From Acidobacteriota bacterium (lineage in GTDB: Bacteria > Acidobacteriota > UBA890 > WLXD01), in assembly GCA_963666055.2 (NCBI GenBank), contig CAXWPH010000006.1, positions 32,001 through 96,000 of the forward strand: a DNA stretch of 64,000 bases. The letters are read 5' to 3'. Made by a program: the position numbers and the translations under genes. Positions 9,877 to 17,439 of the stretch are shown here, in pieces; the stretch's first letter is position 1; each line of letters begins with the position of its first letter. The notes under the pieces were generated by a model, which saw nothing but the letters and a program-made list of their open reading frames with translations, ran no database searches and was not told where the DNA came from.

Positions 9877-10766
9877 CCACGTCGTCGGCCTCCGCAGCTA
9901 GCAGCCCTCCCACCCGGCTCGCCGATTACTTGGCGCTCACCAAGCCGCGCCTGAGCGCGCTCGTGCTCGCCACCACGGCGGCCGGGTTCCTGCTGGCGCC
10001 ACGGCCGAGCGCCACGTTGCTCCCACTGGCCTTCGCGCTGTTGGGCACCATCCTCGTGGTCGGCGGAGCAAACGCGCTCAACCAGGTGTACGAGCGTGAG
10101 ATCGACGCCCTGATGCGCCGCACGCGCGATCGGCCGCTGCCGTCCGGTCGCCTGTGGGCCGGACCCGCCGGGGCCTTCGGAGTCATGCTCGCGGTCGTCG
10201 GCGTCGCCGTTCTGGCGCTCCAGGTCAACCTTCTGTCGGCACTACTGGGCGCTGGCGGGTTCGTGCTCTACGTCTTCGTCTACACTCCACTGAAGCGTCT
10301 GTCGCGGCTCTGTACGCTGGTCGGCGCAATTCCTGGTGCCACTCCGCCGATGATCGGTTGGGCGGCGGCTACCGGGCAGCTCGATCGCACCGCCGCGGTG
10401 CTGTTCGCCATCCTGTTCTTCTGGCAGATGCCCCACTTTCTGGCTATTGCGCGGCTGTTTCGCGACGACTATCGCAACGCCGGCATGATGATGACGGGCG
10501 TTCAGGAGGACGATCCCCAAGCGTACCGACACATGATCCTCTACTGTGTAGCGCTGATCCCGATCTCAGCGTCGCTGGCCTGGACCGGCGCGACGGGAAC
10601 CGTGTACCTGGCCGGGTCGATCTTGCTCGGTGTGGGTTTCTTGGCGAGCGCCGTGCGCGCCGCATTGAAGCCCTCGCGGCAGACCGACCGGGCTGCCTTC
10701 CTCTACTCGTTGGTCTACCTGCCGGCGCTGCTCGCCCTCATGCTGCTAGACCGGCAAATCGTCTGA
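9873..10766 (+). CDS. ctaB: Protoheme IX farnesyltransferase (heme O synthase)
   Basis: LTKPR, NQVYEREIDALMRRTRDRPLPSG, YTPLKR, WQMPHF; TTG start overlapping ctaA stop, GGAGG RBS at 9861. Confidence 0.95.
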   Translation: MTTSSASAASSPPTRLADYLALTKPRLSALVLATTAAGFLLAPRPSATLLPLAFALLGTILVVGGANALNQVYEREIDALMRRTRDRPLPSGRLWAGPAGAFGVMLAVVGVAVLALQVNLLSALLGAGGFVLYVFVYTPLKRLSRLCTLVGAIPGATPPMIGWAAATGQLDRTAAVLFAILFFWQMPHFLAIARLFRDDYRNAGMMMTGVQEDDPQAYRHMILYCVALIPISASLAWTGATGTVYLAGSILLGVGFLASAVRAALKPSRQTDRAAFLYSLVYLPALLALMLLDRQIV

Positions 10767-10779
10767 GCAGCCCATCCGA

Positions 10780-11232
10780 ATGGATACCGCTCCCGACTGG
10801 GTTCGCTCCCTGCCGCTCATCAACGCCGGGCTCAACGCCACCTGTGCCGTGCTGCTGCTGAGCGGCTACCGGTTCATTCGCAGGCGACGTATCGGGGCGC
10901 ATCGTGCCTGTATGCTCGGCGCTTTCGTCAGCAGCCTGTTCTTCCTGACCGGCTACCTGACGCTTCACTACCACATCGGCATAACCCGCTTCGGGCACGA
11001 GGGAACGACCGTCCGCGCCCTCTTCATGACAATCCTGCTGACCCACACGGTTCTCGCGGTCGCCACCGCGCCCATGGTCCTGTGGACGTTGGCGCTCGCG
11101 CTCCGCGGGCGGTTCGCGCAACACGCCGCGCTAGCGCGCTGGACGCTGCCGATCTGGTTCTACGTCTCGGTGACCGGGATCGTCGTCTACGTGATGCTGT
11201 ATCACGTGCCGGGGGCAGCGGGTGGACCCTGA
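10780..11232 (+). CDS. DUF420 family membrane protein (oxidase assembly associated)
   Basis: LPLINAGLNA, HRACM, ILLTHTVLA, PIWFYVSVTG. Confidence 0.88.
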   Translation: MDTAPDWVRSLPLINAGLNATCAVLLLSGYRFIRRRRIGAHRACMLGAFVSSLFFLTGYLTLHYHIGITRFGHEGTTVRALFMTILLTHTVLAVATAPMVLWTLALALRGRFAQHAALARWTLPIWFYVSVTGIVVYVMLYHVPGAAGGP

Positions 11233-11504
11233 CGTGGCGGCAAATTTTCGCATAAGTCCTTTTATTCAAAGGAGGCGACGTCGAGAAGGCGCGACGCCGG
11301 AGATCCACTGACACCACTCTATGCCTTAGAGGGACCGAACTATTGAGTAGCGGCCAGGCAATCGGCCCAGCCAAAGAACAGACAAATAGGCCGCGGGCCC
11401 AGTCGCTGCCCTTGCGAACCGGCACGGGTCCTGACCGCGATCATGCACAGATCACACCGCTCAGGATAACCTGACGACGTCGAGTTTCCGAGGAGTCCCT
11501 GCCG

Positions 11505-11523
11505 CCCCCCCCCCCCCCCCCCC
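11505..11523. repeat. 19-bp poly-C homopolymer
   Basis: Directly visible; may be a sequencing or assembly artefact. Confidence 0.9.
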
Positions 11524-11638
11524 AGCAGAGTTCGATCCGGACAACCACACCTCGCGGCGAGGGTTGCGCCCCAGCTTTCGCCCTCGGGTTCGCTCGGCAA
11601 ACTAGCCGTTCCATCATCGCATCAAGCCGAGAGTACAA

Positions 11639-13018
11639 ATGGAAACCCTGCAGGAAACGGCCGGCATTTGGTGGCTGCCGGATGCTCCGGATCGCTGCGT
11701 TCCGGGGCTCGTCAGCTTTTCGATCAACGACGGTTTCCGTCTACGATTACCGCTGGAAAATCTTGCGGAAGGCACAGCGCCGGACGCGGGCCCGTTCCAC
11801 GCGGACAGGTGCATTCACGGTCGGCTCCAAAACGGCAAGAAGGTCACGCTAGCGTCGCCCGACCGGGTAGCAAGTTACGTCGGCGTCCCCGGTGAAGAGT
11901 ACATGTGCGATGTGGGCTTTCTCGGCAAAGTCAACTGTTCGGCGGATCCCCAGATCGACCTGGCGAGAATCTCATACACCAACCTGAGAGAGTGGGCAGC
12001 TGAACATCCCCTGGACGTAACGTTCCACGAGGACCGCGCAGGTAGCCTCGGCCGTGTTGAGTACGAATACGAAGGGCTGCCCGCTCGGAAATTGGCAGCG
12101 GGCGGCGAATGGTCCATCGAGATCTGCCACACAACGACGCTTCCGGTGCCGAGCCCAGCAGGCGCTAACATTCGGCATGACTGCTACCTAGAAATTACCT
12201 TCGATCCGCCACGGGGTCTCTCTGACGCCGACGATCAACTGCACGGGCCACTGTGGCAGTTCGTTTCGTTCGCAATTGACAAACCTGTGGCCTGCAAGAG
12301 CCTCAAAGTCCGAGAAGCGCAAACGGGCGCATGGCTTGAGGTCAGGAGAGCTCAGTCAGAGATCCGGGAGGAGCGTGCAACGCCACTTGCCGCGATGATG
12401 CTCTTGCCGCTGCCGTCGTGCCTCGACCGGCAACCACGCCTCCTGGAGACGTGGCTCCACTTCCGAGGGGATCTTCGCCGAGCCGCTTCTCTGCTCTTTG
12501 GCTTGGGCAGGGAAGAACTGCTCATAGACTTGCGATTCCTGGCTGCCGTACAGGCCTTTGAAGCCATGGCACGGTCGATCGCAGATGAGTTCGAACTTGA
12601 GCAAGAGGAGTTCGCGAGGCGCCTAAGCGTAGTAGAACGGGCCCTTGGGGACGACAATAGGATCAGGCGGTGGGCCAAGCGAAAGCTCCAGCATGCCAAT
12701 CGAAAATCCGCAGACCATCTAGCACGCGAACTCTTGCGTTTCGTCGGAATATACGCGACCAAGCTAGTGCCGAGTGCAGACCGCTTCCTGAAGCAGATTC
12801 GTGAGAATCGAAACTTCTACACCCATCGCGATAGTCGTGGGAAGGAAGTCGTCCTTGAAGGCATTCCACACCACTTGCTCACGGAAGCCGTTATCTGTCT
12901 GCTCAAGGCAAGTCTCGTGCGCCACCTCGGATTCGGGCCGGAGGAGACAGCCGCCATTCTCGCCGATTGCCCGAAAGTTCAGCAGACTACGCGACGCGTC
13001 GCCGCGGAGTATCTATAG
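11639..13018 (+). CDS. ApeA-like protein: ApeA N-terminal domain + HEPN RNase (putative anti-phage)
   Basis: N-terminal GIWWLPD..VPGLVSF and IHGRLQNGKKVTL; C-terminal RFLAAVQAFEA and RNFYTH (RxxxxH HEPN motif). Confidence 0.82.
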   Translation: METLQETAGIWWLPDAPDRCVPGLVSFSINDGFRLRLPLENLAEGTAPDAGPFHADRCIHGRLQNGKKVTLASPDRVASYVGVPGEEYMCDVGFLGKVNCSADPQIDLARISYTNLREWAAEHPLDVTFHEDRAGSLGRVEYEYEGLPARKLAAGGEWSIEICHTTTLPVPSPAGANIRHDCYLEITFDPPRGLSDADDQLHGPLWQFVSFAIDKPVACKSLKVREAQTGAWLEVRRAQSEIREERATPLAAMMLLPLPSCLDRQPRLLETWLHFRGDLRRAASLLFGLGREELLIDLRFLAAVQAFEAMARSIADEFELEQEEFARRLSVVERALGDDNRIRRWAKRKLQHANRKSADHLARELLRFVGIYATKLVPSADRFLKQIRENRNFYTHRDSRGKEVVLEGIPHHLLTEAVICLLKASLVRHLGFGPEETAAILADCPKVQQTTRRVAAEYL

Positions 13019-13573
13019 ACCCGACCGAAGGAGCCCGCACTACGCTGCACGATGAGACCAGGGATCGAGGCACCATGGTCCAAGCTGCCGATCCCGGACC
13101 TGATCCCGCCACGCTGCGCCATCAGCACCATCTTCCGCACCGATCGATGTCGGCCTGCCACCGTGCCCAGTTACCACGATCGATTGCCACTGCCCTGCGT
13201 TCTCGGACAGCCCGAGCGACGCGCTGAAGCGTACCTCGTTGACGAACGGCCTGATCCCCGAAAACGGACACAGATGTAATCTCACGATCTGGGTCGATGA
13301 CGCCACCCAGAAATCGGCACCAGTCAGAGGTTTAGGATTCGATGTTCCGAAGCCTCCGGGTGCCAGCCCGTGGCGAGGCGCTGTTGTCGTACTGACTCAC
13401 GAGGGACCATTCGAGCTTCTCGCCGGTGTAGTGATCAACAGGTCCGTGACGCGGCACGCGGACGACGCGCCGCGGTCAGCTGCTGGCGCTTGATGCTTAT
13501 CAAGGCCCCCTCTTCAGAGGTACACACCAGCTAGCCTGGTGCTGTGCTGTCCACCGAGAGAGGAGGCCTCGAT

Positions 13574-14620
13574 ATGCGCTTCTACACTCAGCAACATCAG
13601 TATTACTGCGGCATCGATCTTCACACCAGAGTGATGTACGTCTGCGTGCTCGATGCCGCGGGCGACAAGCTCGTGCACCGCAACATTCCGGCCCGGGCAG
13701 CGCCGCTGCTGAAGCTGCTCGAGCCCTACCGCCCCGACGTCGTTGTCGGCGTGGAGTGCATGTTCACCTGGTACTGGATCGCCGATCTGTGCGAGGCGCA
13801 AGAGTTGCCGTTCGTACTCGGCCACGCCCTCTACATGAAGGCGGTCCATGGCGGCAAGGCGAAGAACGATCGGATCGACTCGCTGCAAATCGCCTCCATC
13901 CTCCGCGGCGGCAACTTCCCGCAGGCGTACGTATACCCACGGGCCATGCGCTCCACCCGTGATCTGCTGCGGCGCCGTACCCACTTCGTACGCAAGCGCG
14001 CTGAGCTACTCAGCCACATCCGCAACACCAACTCCCAGTACAACCTCCCCGACCTGACCCGCTCCCTGGCCCCCAAGGCCAACCGCGCCGATGTCGCCGA
14101 GCGGTTCGCCGATCCCTCCGTGGCTGCCAGTGTCCAACTGGACCTGGAGCTCATCGACACCTACGACCGGCTGATCACCGCCGTGGAGTTGAAGCTCATG
14201 CGCGCCGCCAAGCGCCACGACGCCAACGGAGTGCATCGGCTGCGCTCCATTCCCGGCGTCGGTAAGGTGCTGTCGCTGACCATCCTGTACGAGATCGGCG
14301 ACATCGGCCGCTTCGACCGCGTGCAGCAGTTCGCCTCGTACTGTCGCCTGGTGAAGCCGCAGCGCTCCTCGGCTGGCAAGCTCCAGGGTCATGCCAACTC
14401 CAAGATCGGCAACCCGCACCTGAAGTGGGCGTTCTCCGAGGCCGCCATCACCTTCATCCGCCACTGCCCCCAAGGGCGCCGGCTGTACGAGCGACTCGTC
14501 CGCAAGCACGGCAAGGGCAAGGGCAAGGCGCTCTCGGTGCTCGCTCACAAGCTCGCTCGAGCCGCCTACTTCATGCTCCGCAGACAGCAGACCTTCGACA
14601 TCGACAGGCTCGTGGCCTGA
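13574..14620 (+). CDS. IS110-family DEDD transposase/recombinase
   Basis: AGGAGG RBS; CGIDLH, VGVEC, KNDRID, SIPGVG, SSAGK, GNPHLK. Confidence 0.95.
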   Translation: MRFYTQQHQYYCGIDLHTRVMYVCVLDAAGDKLVHRNIPARAAPLLKLLEPYRPDVVVGVECMFTWYWIADLCEAQELPFVLGHALYMKAVHGGKAKNDRIDSLQIASILRGGNFPQAYVYPRAMRSTRDLLRRRTHFVRKRAELLSHIRNTNSQYNLPDLTRSLAPKANRADVAERFADPSVAASVQLDLELIDTYDRLITAVELKLMRAAKRHDANGVHRLRSIPGVGKVLSLTILYEIGDIGRFDRVQQFASYCRLVKPQRSSAGKLQGHANSKIGNPHLKWAFSEAAITFIRHCPQGRRLYERLVRKHGKGKGKALSVLAHKLARAAYFMLRRQQTFDIDRLVA

Positions 14621-14624
14621 TGGT

Positions 14625-15060
14625 AGGGCGGCGGGTGAGCCAGACGTCTAACGGGACGATCAGGGCCCAACCGACCAAGGTATGGTATCCATTCGGTGGC
14701 ACCGACCACGAACCCGACCGTACCGCGGTGACCGTGCCCGGAGCCCGCGCGCTTGATGGGACGCCCGCCGTCGCTGCCGCTACGCCAGATCCGTGGCGCT
14801 CTGCCCCTCACCCGAGCCTGCGCCTAACTGGAGAGTCGTCGCTGGCGGCTCATCCCTGCTCTTGAAGAGGCCGGCACGAGGGTACCGATTAGTTTCTAGG
14901 CCCGCGGGCGGTGCCGCCCGCTCCCGGCGTATCGTCGGGTGAGCCTCGATAGGTGTTGGGTGCAGACGCCTCTGCACCAGATCTTGAAACGAAGTCGGAG
15001 CCGGCGGATCTCGATGCAATCCAACCGCGGTAATCCTTCCGCGCTAGGACCGACTGTGCC
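14625..15060 (+). ncRNA. Putative bridge/seek RNA of the IS110 element
   Basis: Non-coding end with segments matching the left flank (GCGCTTGATG 14749-14758), the reverse complement of the right flank (CGCCTAAC 14821-14828) and the element end (ATAGGTG 14949-14955); RNA ends are approximate. Confidence 0.6.
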
Positions 15061-15086
15061 CTTGACCACCAGGGGCCTTATAGGTG

Positions 15087-15381
15087 TTAGGCGGCTGTTA
15101 ATGGCCGCCCCTGGTGAGGCGCGATCGACGTCATCGCCAGCACCTAGACCAACCACTTTCTGATACGGCCCTTGGTCGACACGGACGGACGTGATCCGAA
15201 ATAACTCCATCGACTCGGTGTTGCTCCCGAGGCGAAACGCATTCGACCTAGATTTGAAGAGCCGCGCCGTAGTGATCTTGTAAAACTCCGGCTTGATCAC
15301 CCTACCGAAAGGGTTTGTTAGCACAGAATTCGAACCGCGCCAGAGTGTCTTTTCCTTCGGCTTCTTGGAGAACAGACCCAT
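15087..15381 (-). pseudogene. Truncated bacterial PH-domain (bPH_2-like) gene
   Basis: GGAGG RBS; YKITTARL..MELFRITSVRVDQGPYQKVVGLG pattern, then similarity is lost and the frame runs into the IS end. Confidence 0.55.
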
Positions 15382-15465
15382 GGACTACCTCCGCTTGAGG
15401 TTAGATCATGAGCATACGGACAAGCGGCCGCAGGGTGGCGGTCGGCTGCCCCGGCCAGATTACTG

Positions 15466-16695
15466 CTAGCTCACACCCTCGACCACAAACTCAAAAAGGT
15501 CCGCCTTCGACGTGCGCTTACGTATCGTCCGATAGGTTACTTGGTGGAATCCCGCCTCCCCGAAGATCGACACAAGCGCCTTTTCAGTCTCCACTAAGTG
15601 TCCGTAGAACGTGGAATTCCCCACTACGTAGTGAAACCTTCCTTTCGGAGCCATTACCGATCTGAGCGCCTGAGCATGGCGCCACATGTCAGAAAAGTAA
15701 CGCAGAACGTACGTCGACATTGCGGTTGCGCTCGGGACATCCTCCCTGCCGATCCGTTTCGCCACACTGCTGATCGTCGCAGGGACGAAGACATCGTGCG
15801 GGACAACCCAATCCGTCAGCCGAGACGTAGCCGCTCCCCACGTACCCCCGATCGCGTTCCAGTCAAGAACCCCGGCATCTGAAGGAGAGACCAAGTACCC
15901 CAACCAGTACATGAACGGTCGTAGCTCCCGAATCAATGACACACGATTAGGGTAGGGTGGAGACGTCGCAACGACGTCGATCGAGCCTCGATCGACGATG
16001 TCAAGCGTACGCGCGTCGCCAGTGCTCGTGGTTGGAGTGCGCTCAGGATTAACTGCCGCCGTCTCGAGAACGAAGCGCATGGCGTCCCCAAAGGGATCTT
16101 CCTCAAGCGGAAGCGACTCTTGGGCTGGTCCGTCGAACTGAAATGATAGCGACTGGTGCCGCGGTGTCAGGTTGGCCAGCTCGCCGACCACTCTGCAAAA
16201 GCCGACTAGCAAAAGGTCCCGGGCCTTGGCACCACACGGGGCGTTGGCGATGCCCGTCTTTGTCTTTCTAAGAAATAGGAGACGCTCGGGAGTCCACCAA
16301 CGCTCGATATTGTGGACGGGCGGCGCGCAGACCAGCGGCCGGCTGACCGCGCTATTCGTGACGATCGCGTCCATCACCTCGCGCGCCTCGCTCAGATCTT
16401 CGGAAGTGTACGTCGCGCACTTGGCTCGCGTGAGCCAGGACATGAACGGATTAATGTCAAGGCTTACTGCGTGTAGTCCCCGCGTGGCCGCGGCAAGCGC
16501 TGTCGTGCCGGTCCCCCCGAAAGGATCCAGAACAGTCGCATCAGCGGTTGTTTCTGCGAGCAGCTCTTCCGCAAGCGTTACTGAATACGCTGGCGCTACA
16601 CGGAGCCACCCGTGACGCCCCTTTTTCCTGTTATGACGCGATGTGTACTCCGGTCGCAACGTCAGCGGGGCAGGCAGGTTTCCTCGGCGTGGCAT
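15466..16695 (-). CDS. DNA methyltransferase, probably N4-cytosine, motif I before motif IV; no cognate endonuclease seen
   Basis: VLDPFGGTGTT (SAM binding), DINP, TSPPY (catalytic), YVVGNS. Confidence 0.88.
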   Translation of the reverse strand: MPRRGNLPAPLTLRPEYTSRHNRKKGRHGWLRVAPAYSVTLAEELLAETTADATVLDPFGGTGTTALAAATRGLHAVSLDINPFMSWLTRAKCATYTSEDLSEAREVMDAIVTNSAVSRPLVCAPPVHNIERWWTPERLLFLRKTKTGIANAPCGAKARDLLLVGFCRVVGELANLTPRHQSLSFQFDGPAQESLPLEEDPFGDAMRFVLETAAVNPERTPTTSTGDARTLDIVDRGSIDVVATSPPYPNRVSLIRELRPFMYWLGYLVSPSDAGVLDWNAIGGTWGAATSRLTDWVVPHDVFVPATISSVAKRIGREDVPSATAMSTYVLRYFSDMWRHAQALRSVMAPKGRFHYVVGNSTFYGHLVETEKALVSIFGEAGFHQVTYRTIRKRTSKADLFEFVVEGVS

Positions 16696-16709
16696 ATGCG
16701 TGTGCAGCT

Positions 16710-17438
16710 CTATATGGGCCTGCGGAGGCTTTTCATCTCCGCCAGCTGGGCCTTCACCCTGGCAAGTTCTCTGCGGCAGCCTCGTAGCGTCAGTCCATCA
16801 TCTTCAACAACGATTGTCGGCTGAGTCCCGGTCTCGAGTTGAAATACAGCGACAGCCTCGCTGAACCCCTTTGATCGGAACTCACCGATCGGCTGCCAAC
16901 GAGTGTGTGTTCTAGACGCCTCGCGGAACGCCGCTGAACAGAGAACGGCGCCAGCAACGCATTGCCCCATCAGCCGGGCGCACCGATCGACCACAGCGCC
17001 GTGAGGATCCTGCATGTGGAGTCCGGGTGAGGCGTCGGTGCCCTCGGACTCCGCCTGTCCGAAATCCAGAAGACTCACCGCGCCGTAGTCCATGGCGATC
17101 TTTACCCGGAACCGCTCCTCTTCGATCTCCTCACAGAAGCTCAACACTCGCTCAGCGGCCTGTTCGGCCGACAACACGGCGGCATTGCCGTCAAATGTCG
17201 CCATGACTTCGTCGCCAATGTACTTCACTACGCGCCCCGACGACTCTATTATCCGTGTCACTCCAAGCAGGAACTTAGCCAACCTCGGTAGCCATTCTTC
17301 TTCATTCGGGTGCTCCGTCTTGAACTCCGTGGATCCAGCTAGGTCCACGAACATCACCGCGAGCGTCTTCTGAGACCTGAGACTTTCAAGGTCCTCACTG
17401 ACGCGCTTAGCGAGCCTGACAATCTCCTGGAGTTCCAT
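16710..17438 (-). CDS. Class III adenylate/guanylate-type nucleotide cyclase, soluble single domain
   Basis: VMFVDLAGSTE, VVKYIGDEVMA, GAVVDRCARL, KGFSEAV; ATG at 17438 lies 1 bp after the upstream stop. Confidence 0.85.
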   Translation of the reverse strand: MELQEIVRLAKRVSEDLESLRSQKTLAVMFVDLAGSTEFKTEHPNEEEWLPRLAKFLLGVTRIIESSGRVVKYIGDEVMATFDGNAAVLSAEQAAERVLSFCEEIEEERFRVKIAMDYGAVSLLDFGQAESEGTDASPGLHMQDPHGAVVDRCARLMGQCVAGAVLCSAAFREASRTHTRWQPIGEFRSKGFSEAVAVFQLETGTQPTIVVEDDGLTLRGCRRELARVKAQLAEMKSLRRPI

Positions 17439-17439
17439 G

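Larger units (their letters stand above)
13496..15086 (+). mobile_element. IS110-family (IS1111-like) insertion sequence with short left end and ~465-bp non-coding right end
   Basis: Subterminal IR AAGGCCCC (13502-13509) / GGGGCCTT (15072-15079); TG core at both junctions; TTGACC -35-like box at 15062; no long target duplication. Confidence 0.75.

Noticed and set aside
11233-11500. Possible tRNA, tmRNA, 6S or SRP RNA in the intergenic gap
   Set aside because: No cloverleaf, T-loop with CCA, tag peptide or SRP loop found; only an 11-nt tRNA-end-like match
13052-13493. Short ORFs between the HEPN gene and the IS
   Set aside because: No recognisable motifs or RBS; probably decayed sequence
14510-14528. 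GGCAAG x3 (GKGKGK) in the transposase
   Set aside because: In-frame micro-duplication with no evident consequence
15466-16695. Classical type II restriction-modification system
   Set aside because: No PD-(D/E)xK or HNH endonuclease ORF recognised next to the methylase
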